A stretch of DNA of 64,000 nucleotides from Anaerolineae bacterium (GTDB lineage: Bacteria; Chloroflexota; Anaerolineae; UBA1429). Each line of letters begins with the position of its first letter. The first letter of the stretch is position 1. Under the pieces are notes generated by a model. It was not told the origin of the DNA. It made no database searches and saw only the letters and a program-made list of their open reading frames with translations. Both the position numbers and the translations under genes were made by a program. Where the stretch lies: assembly GCA_963675785.1 (NCBI GenBank), contig OY776562.1:256001-320000 (forward strand), read 5' to 3'. Below are positions 11,685-20,723 of this stretch, piece by piece.

Positions 11685-12281
11685 ATGAGTACTAGATCTG
11701 ATCAGTTGCAAAAAAGAGTCGATGAATATCGCGAGATTTCGCGTGTAGATACAGTTGGCCGCCGTGTTTTCGCGACCAGCGCCTTTGACGGCATCCTGAC
11801 GATGTTGGGTGTTGTCATGGGTTCGTTTGTTGCCAATGTCAATGATCCGCGGATCATTTTGGCCACCGGATTTTCAACAGGTTTGGCCATGGGTATTTCG
11901 GGCCTATGGGGTTCTTATATGACCGAAACCGCCGAGCGTAAGCACGAGATTCACGAACTCGAGCGTGCCATGTTGACAGATATGAAGGATACGCGACATA
12001 GCCGCGCCTCTCAGTTCGCTGTGCTTTCTCTGGCTGCGCTTGATGGGCTTTCACCGCTGTTGGCTGGTGCTGTTGTATTGATCCCCTTCTTCTTTACCAG
12101 TTTATTGAGCAGCATCACCACGGCCTATATCATTGCCCTGGCTGTAGCTCTGGTAGCCCTCTTTGGGTTGGGGGTTTTTCTTGCCCGCATTTCGCGTGAC
12201 AACATTCTCAAATCAGGTGTGCAAATGATCGTAGCCGGTATTGTCTGTGTTGTGATGAGCTTTTTCTTGGGGTCTATCTAA
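11685..12281 (+). CDS. VIT1/CCC1 (TIGR00267-like) divalent metal transporter family protein
   Basis: AFDGILTMLG, LAMGISGLWGSYMTETAER, five hydrophobic helices. Confidence 0.85.
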   Translation: MSTRSDQLQKRVDEYREISRVDTVGRRVFATSAFDGILTMLGVVMGSFVANVNDPRIILATGFSTGLAMGISGLWGSYMTETAERKHEIHELERAMLTDMKDTRHSRASQFAVLSLAALDGLSPLLAGAVVLIPFFFTSLLSSITTAYIIALAVALVALFGLGVFLARISRDNILKSGVQMIVAGIVCVVMSFFLGSI

Positions 12282-13222
12282 TGCAGTCGATCGCTACCAT
12301 TTGGAATCGCGTCATACTTTTGGTGGCTGGATTCATTATTGGTTGGAACCTCTCCAATTATTGGACAGCTGCGCCTGAGCAAATTTCGCATCAGCGAAAC
12401 CGCCTCTGGATGGGGGCGGTTCTTGGGTTGGCGATGTTGGTTTGGCTTGCCGTCGATGAACCCGCTACTGCCATGTTTGGCCTCTTGATCGTGCTGTTTA
12501 CGGCTTTTGTGGCCTACATGGGCAGCGCCAGAGAAGCCAGTGGCACGCCTGAGCCCTGGCCACGTCCACGGCCGTTACGTAAATCCACTTTGCAGGATAA
12601 GGTTCTCGTTGTGTTAGTCTCTTTTGGCGAGCCGGCGAGTTATGATGGCCCTGCGCCCTGGGCTTGGCAGTTGGCCTGGCTTGCCCGCCTTGGAGAAAAG
12701 GTGCCCTCTTGGTTTTCACGCCCGCGTACGTACGCGCGCATCCGCAAAGGGGTTATGGCGAGCGGAGTGCAGGGGAGTTTAGATTCCTGGGTGAGTGGGC
12801 TTCAGGAGGCACTTGCAGAGAGTCTGAACGGCAGTTTTGCCTGTATCAAAGGCTACGAGTTTGTCAAACCAGGACTAGCTAGTACATTGGCACATGCCGC
12901 CGAAGATGGCTATACTCGCTTTATTCTGGTTCCTTTGGGACCGATAGATGAGGCGGCGGTTTCTGCTGCCGTCAAGCAATCTCGCATCAAAGAAGTTGGT
13001 GTTCAGGTTGTGGTCATGCAGCCCGAGCAGCCTTTGGGCTGGGATCAAGCTTTTGCTGTTGAGCGATTGCAACTGTTGATGAGTGGTCGGCCAGCCCAAG
13101 CCCCGGCAGTGGCGCCGCAAGAGTATTCAAAAAGTCTGGATGAACTAATTAGAACTGAGGCGTTTCGAAAGGGTTGGGACGCGCAAGTGGAGCCAGTAGC
13201 TTTTAATACAGAACTGCGCTGA
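12281..13222 (+). CDS. Membrane-anchored protein with a chelatase-like (ferrochelatase N-domain-like) soluble domain
   Basis: Three N-terminal TM segments, then VLVVLVSFGEP...YARI...FVKPGL...GYTRFILVPL. TAATG overlap with the upstream gene. Confidence 0.5.
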   Translation: MQSIATIWNRVILLVAGFIIGWNLSNYWTAAPEQISHQRNRLWMGAVLGLAMLVWLAVDEPATAMFGLLIVLFTAFVAYMGSAREASGTPEPWPRPRPLRKSTLQDKVLVVLVSFGEPASYDGPAPWAWQLAWLARLGEKVPSWFSRPRTYARIRKGVMASGVQGSLDSWVSGLQEALAESLNGSFACIKGYEFVKPGLASTLAHAAEDGYTRFILVPLGPIDEAAVSAAVKQSRIKEVGVQVVVMQPEQPLGWDQAFAVERLQLLMSGRPAQAPAVAPQEYSKSLDELIRTEAFRKGWDAQVEPVAFNTELR

Positions 13223-13241
13223 ACAGCGAACGCTCCGAGAC

Positions 13242-13267
13242 GCCCATGCAGCTTGCATGGGCTTTTT
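13242..13267 (+). terminator. Intrinsic terminator
   Basis: GCCCATGCA-gct-TGCATGGGC followed by TTTTT. Confidence 0.75.
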
Positions 13268-13286
13268 GTTATAGAGGAGGAACGTC

Positions 13287-14786
13287 ATGGCTGAATCGAT
13301 CATTCATCCCGTTGGTGATCCCTGCTCTGTTGTCATCTTTGGCGCTTCAGGCGACCTTACCTGTCGCAAACTTGTCCCCGCTCTTCATACTCTGAGCTGC
13401 GAAGGACTCCTCGCAGATGAAACACGCATTATCGGTGTGGCCCGTAGCGATTTAGAGACTGAGGATTGGCTGAACAGCCTTGAGGAGGGTGTGCAAAGCT
13501 ATGCCCGGCTCAATCCTGCCTTTTGTGAACGCTGGCCCTCCTTCCGAAGGCGTATGTCCTATCATCGCGGGAGCTACGATGATTCTGTTACCTACACTCA
13601 ATTAGCCAGCTTATTGCAAGAACAGGACGAGTATTCCGGCACATCCGGTAACCGTCTCTTCTATTTGGCTGTGCCTCCGCAGCTCTACCCTGTCATCGTC
13701 GAACAGTTGGGCCGCGCTGGCTTGAACCGGTCTACAGGTTGGGTGCGTATTGTCATCGAGAAACCCTTTGGCCATGACCTGGCCAGCAGCACCGAACTCG
13801 ATGAACAGGTTCATGCCGTTTTTGAAGAGGAGCAGGTTCTTCGCATTGACCACTATTTAGGCAAAGAGACCGTCCAAAATCTCTTGATGTTCCGCTTTGG
13901 CAATGCCATTTTTGAGCCGCTTTGGAACCGAAACTATGTGGACCATGTGCAGATTACCATGTCAGAGACGGTAGGCGTGGGGCATCGAGCGGGTTATTAT
14001 GATCGCGCAGGTGTTGTGCGTGACATGCTGCAAAATCACTTGCTGCAGTTACTGACTTTGACGGCTATGGAGCCGCCAGCGGCTTTTGATGCTCGCTCGT
14101 TGCGTGACGAAAAGGTCAAAGTACTCAAGGCTATCTGTGCTAACCCTCCTCGCGAAGGGGTGTGGGGGCAGTATCGCGGGTATTTGAATGAACCCGACGT
14201 GACCATTGGTTCCAAGACGCCGACCTATATTGCCCTCAAAGTGATGGTTGATAACTGGCGTTGGCAGGGCGTGCCTTTTTATGTGCGTAGCGGTAAAAAT
14301 CTGGCCTATAAAACGACTGAAATTACCCTGCAATTCAAGCAGCCGCCGCACCTTTTATTCCCCAATGTAGGCAGTTTGGCACCGAATAGACTGGTGCTTT
14401 ACATCCAACCCAACGAGGGCGTGCATCTCTCTTTTGGCACCAAGCAGCCCGGCTTTGGTATGCACCCGCAAACTGTGAATATGATGTATCATTACGGACA
14501 AACCTATGGCGAGCAAGCGTTGCCAGATGCCTACGAGCGGCTGCTTCTTGATGCCATGCAGGGCGACGCCTCGCTGTTTGCTCGCAGTGATGAAATTCAG
14601 CAAGCCTGGACCATCGTTGAGCCGCTGCTCCAGGGGCATGAGCCCGTTGTGTATGAGCCGGGATCGAGTGGCCCTGATGAGGCCGACGCGTTATTGACTG
14701 TTGATGGTAGAAACTGGAGCCCCTTGCGCGAGGATTATGGCGGACAGTATGTTCGCGGCGAAGCATTTAGCGCCGATGATGAATAG
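13287..14786 (+). CDS. zwf: Glucose-6-phosphate 1-dehydrogenase
   Basis: IFGASGDL, EKPFG, RIDHYLGKE, RDMLQNH, AYERLL. Confidence 0.97.
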   Translation: MAESIIHPVGDPCSVVIFGASGDLTCRKLVPALHTLSCEGLLADETRIIGVARSDLETEDWLNSLEEGVQSYARLNPAFCERWPSFRRRMSYHRGSYDDSVTYTQLASLLQEQDEYSGTSGNRLFYLAVPPQLYPVIVEQLGRAGLNRSTGWVRIVIEKPFGHDLASSTELDEQVHAVFEEEQVLRIDHYLGKETVQNLLMFRFGNAIFEPLWNRNYVDHVQITMSETVGVGHRAGYYDRAGVVRDMLQNHLLQLLTLTAMEPPAAFDARSLRDEKVKVLKAICANPPREGVWGQYRGYLNEPDVTIGSKTPTYIALKVMVDNWRWQGVPFYVRSGKNLAYKTTEITLQFKQPPHLLFPNVGSLAPNRLVLYIQPNEGVHLSFGTKQPGFGMHPQTVNMMYHYGQTYGEQALPDAYERLLLDAMQGDASLFARSDEIQQAWTIVEPLLQGHEPVVYEPGSSGPDEADALLTVDGRNWSPLREDYGGQYVRGEAFSADDE

Positions 14787-14805
14787 CGTTTGATTGGGAG
14801 GCAGT

Positions 14806-16299
14806 ATGGCATCGGATAAGCAGACTCGCCCTGTGCGGGTGAGGATCGCACCCAGCCCAACGGGCAATTGCCACGTCGGCACAGCTCGCAACACATTGTA
14901 CAATTATCTGTTTGCGCGCCAGCATGGTGGACAGATGATTCTGCGCATCGATGATACCGATGCACGCCGCAGTACGGTAGAATCGGAACATGGCGTTCTA
15001 GCTGGTTTGCGCTGGTTGGGACTCGATTGGGATGAGGGCCCCGATGTAGGCGGCCCCTTTGGTCCCTACAGGCAGTCTGAGAGGATGGCTTACTATCAGG
15101 AGGCCGTGCAGCAGCTGCTGGATGCGGATCGTGCCTATTATTGTTTTTGCACGCCGGCAGAATTGGCAGTCGAACGAGAAGCCGCGGTAGCCGCAGGCCA
15201 GCCGCCGCGTTATAGCGGCAAGTGCAGCACCCTTTCTCGGCATGAGGCGGAAAGCCGTGTGGCTATGGGCGAGCCATACGTGGTGCGTTTGCGCATTGCC
15301 CCCGGCATGATGGCCTTTGATGATCTCGTACGTGGTGAAATCACCGCGGACGCAAGCCTATTGGGCGATCCGGTGATCATCAAGGCGGATGGCATGCCCA
15401 TGTACAGCCTGGCAACAGTGGTGGATGAGGAGATGATGCACATCTCGCACGTGCTGCGCAGCGCCGAGCACATCAGCAATACTTTTTTGCAGCTTCAGCT
15501 CTGTGAGGCTCTGGGGTACGAACCGCCGTTGTTTGCCCATCTGGCCCTGCTGCTCAATCCAGACCGCACCAAGATCAGCAAGCGCGATGGTGCCGTCTAT
15601 ATTGGTGAGTTTCAGCAGATGGGCTATTTGCGCGAGGCCATGATCAATCACCTGGCTCTCAGTGGTTGGAACCCGGGGACCGATAAGGAGCTGTATACAC
15701 TGGACGAGCTGGTGCAGGCCTTTTCCATCGAGCGCTGCAGCCGGGCGGATGCCATTTATGATCGCCCCAAGCTATTATGGCTCAATGGGCAGTATATCCG
15801 CCAGTTGGGGCATGATGAACTCGCTGAACTGACGATGCCGTTCTTGCAGCAGGCTGGTTTTGAGGTTCCTAACATAGAGGCCCCTCTTGATTATGTGGGG
15901 AATGTTCTGGCCTTGGAGCAGGAGCGGCTCAAGACCTTGGCCGACGCCCCCGAGACGACGGCCTATTTCTTCAAGGAGCCAGACGCGGCGGCCTGCGTGG
16001 AGATCCTCACACAAAATCGTTACGCCAAAAAACACACCTTGGCTGAATTAGGCGAGGTATTGGGGCAGTTGGCCGATACGCTGCAAGCGCTGGAAGAGTG
16101 GAGTGAGACGACACTTGAGCAGGTTCTGGAAGAAAAACTAGAAACGCTGGGCTGGAAGCGCGGCGAGTTGTACATGCCGGTACGCATTGCCGTGAGTGGG
16201 CGCTGGGCGACGCCAGGCGTTACCGAGATGTTGGTTGTGATGGGCAAGGAACGGGTAGTGCGCCGTTTGCGCAACGTTCGTGCTGCTACCCTTTGCTAG
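14806..16299 (+). CDS. gltX: Glutamate--tRNA ligase
   Basis: RIAPSPTGNCHVG, LRIDDTD, YRQSER, CFC...YSGKC, KISKR, and an anticodon-binding domain. Confidence 0.92.
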   Translation: MASDKQTRPVRVRIAPSPTGNCHVGTARNTLYNYLFARQHGGQMILRIDDTDARRSTVESEHGVLAGLRWLGLDWDEGPDVGGPFGPYRQSERMAYYQEAVQQLLDADRAYYCFCTPAELAVEREAAVAAGQPPRYSGKCSTLSRHEAESRVAMGEPYVVRLRIAPGMMAFDDLVRGEITADASLLGDPVIIKADGMPMYSLATVVDEEMMHISHVLRSAEHISNTFLQLQLCEALGYEPPLFAHLALLLNPDRTKISKRDGAVYIGEFQQMGYLREAMINHLALSGWNPGTDKELYTLDELVQAFSIERCSRADAIYDRPKLLWLNGQYIRQLGHDELAELTMPFLQQAGFEVPNIEAPLDYVGNVLALEQERLKTLADAPETTAYFFKEPDAAACVEILTQNRYAKKHTLAELGEVLGQLADTLQALEEWSETTLEQVLEEKLETLGWKRGELYMPVRIAVSGRWATPGVTEMLVVMGKERVVRRLRNVRAATLC

Positions 16300-16343
16300 A
16301 CATGTTGTGGTTAGAGACACGCTGCCGTTAGTGAGGTGATGCT

Positions 16344-17150
16344 ATGCTGCTGGACAAGCAAAAGAATGCTGATCGTTTCGAGGGTTTTGCCGATCTCTAT
16401 GACGCGGTTCGCCCACGGTGCCCCGAGTACATTCTCAATATTTCACGGCGATACCTGGGCCGGAACCCTGAGGTGGTTGTGGATATGGGCTGTGGCACGG
16501 GCCTCTCTACAGTGGCTTGGGTGGGAACGGCCAGCCATATCGTGGGTCTGGAACCTGGCGATGACATGCTGATTGTGGCCCGGGCCAGGGCAGCGGATAT
16601 CGCCGAGATCGAGTTTGTGCAGGCCTTTGCCGATAATACCGGCTTGCCCGTGAATTACGCCGATGTAGTGACCTGCTCGCAATCCTTCCATTGGATGGAG
16701 CCGCAGAGTACCTTGACGGAAGTGAATCGTATTCTCAAGCCGGGCGGACTGTTCCTGGCTTTTGATTGCGATTGGCCTCTGGTTTGCGATTGGCGCGTTG
16801 AAAAGGCTTACGCCGAGCTTGAAGAGAGAATTGCCGAGTGCGAAGCGGGTATGCCGGATGTTCAGGAATCGTATTCCAAGTGGCCCAAGAACAAGCATCT
16901 GGCCAATATCGAGAAGAGCGGCTATTTTCGTTTTGCACGAGAGATTGTCTTTGCTACACAAGAGCCCTGCACAGCCGAGCGTTTTATCGCTATATCCAAG
17001 AGCCAGGGTGGCATACAGTCCCTATTCAAGAGGCATCCGGAGGCAATTATGCCTGCTTGGGAGGCCTTTGAGCGCACAGCGCGAGAGTGCTTGGGCGAGG
17101 GCAATGTTGAGACCGATTTTTGCTATCGCCTGAGAATTGCAGTGAAATAG
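16344..17150 (+). CDS. Class I SAM-dependent methyltransferase
   Basis: VVDMGCGTGLST, CSQSFHWM, RILKPGG. Confidence 0.9.
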   Translation: MLLDKQKNADRFEGFADLYDAVRPRCPEYILNISRRYLGRNPEVVVDMGCGTGLSTVAWVGTASHIVGLEPGDDMLIVARARAADIAEIEFVQAFADNTGLPVNYADVVTCSQSFHWMEPQSTLTEVNRILKPGGLFLAFDCDWPLVCDWRVEKAYAELEERIAECEAGMPDVQESYSKWPKNKHLANIEKSGYFRFAREIVFATQEPCTAERFIAISKSQGGIQSLFKRHPEAIMPAWEAFERTARECLGEGNVETDFCYRLRIAVK

Positions 17151-17174
17151 GCAGTACCGACACCAGATACAAAT

Positions 17175-17212
17175 GAAAAAAGGAGGAGGAAGCCATGCTT
17201 TCTCCTCCTTGG
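17175..17212. terminator. Bidirectional terminator
   Basis: AAGGAGGAG...CTCCTCCTT hairpin between convergent genes. Confidence 0.7.
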
Positions 17213-17214
17213 TT

Positions 17215-18090
17215 TTATAGTTCGGATTCTAGAATGCCCCAGATGCGCGTTAATTCGCGAGAGATGGGCAGGTCGGGCCAAACGGTAACCGGTTGGCCCT
17301 GAAGGGCCGCTTGGGTAACGCCCGTATCAAAGGGCAGTCGCCCCAAAACACGAATGCCACGTGTTTGGGCAAAAGCCTCAATAGCGTCAGCGCGCTCGGG
17401 GTTGATATCTGCTTTGTTGATGATGATCATGGCTGGCACGCCAAAGTGGGTTGTGGTTTGCAGCACGCGTTCGAGGTCATGTTCGCCTGATACGGTGGGT
17501 TCTACCACCAAAATAGCCAGATCGGCGCCAGAGCAGGCCGAGATGACCGGGCAACCAATGCCTGGCGGCCCGTCCACTAGCAAGAGTTTTTCGCCATTGC
17601 GGCTGGCCCACAGCGCCGCCGATTGCTTGACCGTACTCACCAGCTTGCCCGAGTTCTCTTGGGCAGCATAGAGATGGGCATGAAACAACGTGCCATAGCG
17701 CGAGCTAGAGCGATACCACTCGCCAGCGTGAGAGGGCGTCATTTCGATGGCCTCGGCGGGGCATTCGTAATAGCAGGCCGCACAGCCCTCGCAAGCGGTA
17801 TCATCGATAGTGAATGCGCCGCTGTTGTTGCGCACGGCCTCAAAGCGGCAAACCTCCCGGCAGCGCCCGCAGGCAATGCAGGCATCTTGTTGGATGGCAG
17901 CTAACTGCCCAGAAATGAAATCGTTCTGTTCTTCGAGTTGAGGATCGAGCAGGAACTCGAGATTGGCTGCGTCGACATCGGCATCGGCCAGCACCAGCTT
18001 GTGATTGGTGGAGGCCAGATGTGCCAATGATGCCGTCACCGAAGTTTTGCCCGTGCCGCCCTTGCCAGAGAGGATGACCCACTGTTTCAT
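17215..18090 (-). CDS. MinD-superfamily P-loop ATPase with an inserted 2x[4Fe-4S] domain
   Basis: SGKGGTGKT, two CxxCxxCxxxC motifs, DGPPGIGCP. Confidence 0.92.
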   Translation of the reverse strand: MKQWVILSGKGGTGKTSVTASLAHLASTNHKLVLADADVDAANLEFLLDPQLEEQNDFISGQLAAIQQDACIACGRCREVCRFEAVRNNSGAFTIDDTACEGCAACYYECPAEAIEMTPSHAGEWYRSSSRYGTLFHAHLYAAQENSGKLVSTVKQSAALWASRNGEKLLLVDGPPGIGCPVISACSGADLAILVVEPTVSGEHDLERVLQTTTHFGVPAMIIINKADINPERADAIEAFAQTRGIRVLGRLPFDTGVTQAALQGQPVTVWPDLPISRELTRIWGILESEL

Positions 18091-18947
18091 TGCGTCACCG
18101 CCTGGCTGATGGCCTGATAAAGCGCTAGAAAACGCTCGCGATATTCGGGCAGGGCATCATAAATGGTCTCGCCATCCGAATAAGCGCGAGCGATGCGCCG
18201 ATCCAGGGGGATTTTCAGCAGAATAGGAATGTTTTCTGCTGCGCAGTAATCCTCGACAGCGCTGTTGCCAATACCATCGCGGTTTAGCACCACGCCCACC
18301 GGGAGGCCAAGCTCGTTGCGAGCTACTTGTATGGCCATCTTGAGATCGTGCAGCCCAAAAGGAGTGGGTTCGGTAACCATCAGACAGTAATCGGCGTCGC
18401 GAAGCGTCTCTACCACGGGGCAGGAGGTGCCCGGCGGCGAATCTAGGATAACTACATTCTGCCCAACGGTTTGTGCTTGCTGTTTGACGGCACGAATAAT
18501 GGGCGGTGCCATGGTCACGCCCACGTTCATAACACCCTGTACAAAATGCAGCCCTCTGCCCTGGCCCAGTTCAACCACGCCAAGGGGGACGGGCATCTCG
18601 CTAATGGCCCCTTCTGGGCATTGCAAGGTACAGCTTCCACAGCCGTGACAAAGCTGATCGAACACGAGCACCTTGCCCTTGATGACGGCTAGGGCATTGT
18701 ATTGGCAGACCTCGGCACAGCGACCGCAACTGGTGCACAAAGCCGCATCGACACGTGGCACCAGGTTGTAGATGGTCTCGCGCTCAACAATCTCGGGTTT
18801 GAGAAAGAGGCTCGCGTTGGGCTCTTCGACATCGCAATCGGCCAAGGTGATGCGTTTGCCTACATCGGCCGCCAGGGTGATGGCCAGGTTTGTGGCTATA
18901 GTCGTCTTGCCGGTTCCACCTTTGCCGCTGGCAATGGCAATAATCAT
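18087..18947 (-). CDS. MinD-superfamily P-loop ATPase with an inserted 2x[4Fe-4S] domain (paralog)
   Basis: ASGKGGTGKT, DCDVEEPN, ferredoxin motifs, DSPPGTSCP, EPTPFGLHDL. Confidence 0.92.
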   Translation of the reverse strand: MIIAIASGKGGTGKTTIATNLAITLAADVGKRITLADCDVEEPNASLFLKPEIVERETIYNLVPRVDAALCTSCGRCAEVCQYNALAVIKGKVLVFDQLCHGCGSCTLQCPEGAISEMPVPLGVVELGQGRGLHFVQGVMNVGVTMAPPIIRAVKQQAQTVGQNVVILDSPPGTSCPVVETLRDADYCLMVTEPTPFGLHDLKMAIQVARNELGLPVGVVLNRDGIGNSAVEDYCAAENIPILLKIPLDRRIARAYSDGETIYDALPEYRERFLALYQAISQAVTQ

Positions 18948-18956
18948 GGCATCCCC

Positions 18957-19775
18957 CTAGAGCTCAAGCACGGTGCCCGAAGGGCAATCATGCACGCGTT
19001 CACCCAAGCGTTCTCGTAAAAAGGTGATGGCTACATCGCCCGTGCAGTGATTCAGATAGATATCGGGGCCATCTTCGGCGACGAGTGTCTCGACGATAGC
19101 CTCTAATTCTTCTGATGAGGCAACGAGCAAATGAGTTCCACCGATGATGGCCGTCAGTGGCTCGCTGTACTGCCTTCTGACTGTAGCCAGGGTATTGCGC
19201 AAGCCAGCATGGCAGCATCCGCATAACAAGGCGATGGAACCATCGAGTTTGAGCACTAACGACATATCGTCGGCATAATCGTCCTGGACGATTTGACCAT
19301 CGATTTCTGCATAATGGCGTGTACTGGATCCCATGGGGTAGGGGCGGGGGGCAATGATGCCGGTGGTGCATACGCCCTCGATGATCTCCACGGGTTCATC
19401 GGACAGGCGCAGGTCCGCCAGATCGTGCAGCTCGGTCACATCTTCACGAAAGCCAATGGGCGTCATGTGTCCTTCTCGTAGCGAGAAACGACTCCGCAAT
19501 AGGGCGGATAGGCCGTATACTGGCATGCCCAGATGATGCCGTAGATACTCGAAAAGGCCGCCCGTATGGTCGCCATGGGCATGGCTAAGGCCGATGGCTT
19601 GAAAGGGCGTATCGGTAAATCCCAGTTCGGTCAGGTTATGTGATAACGCGGCATACGAGTCGCCCGTATCCCAGAGGATGGCGCCAGCGGGCGTTTCGAT
19701 GGCAAAGCAAAGACCGTGTTCAACAACGAGTTCGGGTTTACCGCCGTGGTTATCAATGATACAGGTTAGTTTCAT
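18957..19775 (-). CDS. MBL-fold metallo-hydrolase
   Basis: EHGL, SHAHGDHTGG, GCCHAG, GGTHL, HCTG. Start moved to the ATG after AAGGAG. Confidence 0.9.
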   Translation of the reverse strand: MKLTCIIDNHGGKPELVVEHGLCFAIETPAGAILWDTGDSYAALSHNLTELGFTDTPFQAIGLSHAHGDHTGGLFEYLRHHLGMPVYGLSALLRSRFSLREGHMTPIGFREDVTELHDLADLRLSDEPVEIIEGVCTTGIIAPRPYPMGSSTRHYAEIDGQIVQDDYADDMSLVLKLDGSIALLCGCCHAGLRNTLATVRRQYSEPLTAIIGGTHLLVASSEELEAIVETLVAEDGPDIYLNHCTGDVAITFLRERLGERVHDCPSGTVLEL

Positions 19776-19852
19776 CGTTACTCCTTGCGCAAGATATCTC
19801 ATGCTAAGCCGGTGAGCATTGTTCGTCAAGGCGTCATTGGGAGAGTTCATAG

Positions 19853-19880
19853 ACAGAGGCGGGGTTGCCCCCGCCTCTGT
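19853..19880 (-). terminator. Hairpin/terminator downstream of the peroxiredoxin
   Basis: ACAGAGGCGGGG-ttgc-CCCGCCTCTGT. Confidence 0.6.
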
Positions 19881-19904
19881 GCACTGTTTTGTCGAAAGGA
19901 GTCT

Positions 19905-20603
19905 CTATTCTTCTCCCGGCTTCCACTGTTCCCAAACGCGCCCAACGAGGTTGGGGCCTGGTTTGAGTGTCTTTTTGCCGGGTTGCCAGCCAGCGGGTGT
20001 AACCTCGCCGGTAGCTGCAACATACTGGAAGGCCTTGATCTGTCGGATCAGCTCGTTCACATTTCGGCCAACTTCGGGAGTCATGATTTCGGCGGCGCGG
20101 ATAATGCCTTCGGGATCGATCAGGAAACGACCGCGAATATCCACAGCCGAATCTTCATCGTATACGCCGTAAAGGGTGCCGATGCGGCCATTGCCGTCAT
20201 TCAGCATGGGCCAGGGGAAACCGCCGTCTACCATCTTGGTAAGTTCTGTCTCTTGCCAGATTTTGTGTACAAAGTGGCTATTGGTGCTGGCTGCGAGAAC
20301 CTGAACTCCGAGTTCGTCGAAATCAACTTTGCGGGCAGCGACCGCTGCCAATTCTGTGGGTCAAACGAAGGTAAAGTCACCGGGGTAAAAGCAGAGGACA
20401 GTCCACTTGCCTGCATAATCTGACAGGCTGACCTTTTTGAATCCGCCTTCATAGAATGCCATTGCTGTGAAATCTGGAGCGGGTTTTCCAACTCTTGCGG
20501 TGCTCATTGCGACCTCCTCAGGTTGCTGTGGTGCCGCTTCTTTGCCTTGAGTATCTGGTGGCTGCGGCACGGGCTCGACACAGGAAATCTTTTCTTCTGC
20601 CAA
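19905..20603 (-). CDS. prxU: Selenocysteine-containing peroxiredoxin (AhpC/PrxU type); a single gene read through UGA at 20361-20363
   Basis: The two track ORFs are in frame: [19 protein letters not shown] places UGA at the peroxidatic Cys of FTFVCPTE. TTG start after AAGGAG; C-terminal TPAGWQPG. Confidence 0.92.
20334..20349 (-). promoter_or_regulatory. Putative bacterial SECIS hairpin
   Basis: GGCAGC-GGUC-GCUGCC begins 11 nt after the UGA. Confidence 0.75.
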
Positions 20604-20679
20604 GTCAGTCTCCTTTCATGTTTTTCTCAGTGCAACCTTATCATGTTCGTTCTGTCACTAGACGTCAAGAGGGAAAAAT

Positions 20680-20715
20680 AAAAAAAGGGGCGACCAATAG
20701 GCCGCCCCTTTTTTA
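20680..20715. terminator. Intrinsic terminator
   Basis: AAAAAAGGGGCG...CGCCCCTTTTTT. Confidence 0.8.
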
Positions 20716-20723
20716 TGTGTAGA

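Noticed and set aside
19905-20603. Peroxiredoxin as a pseudogene or two separate genes
   Set aside because: The TGA falls exactly on the catalytic Cys codon with a SECIS-like hairpin, so Sec recoding explains it better.
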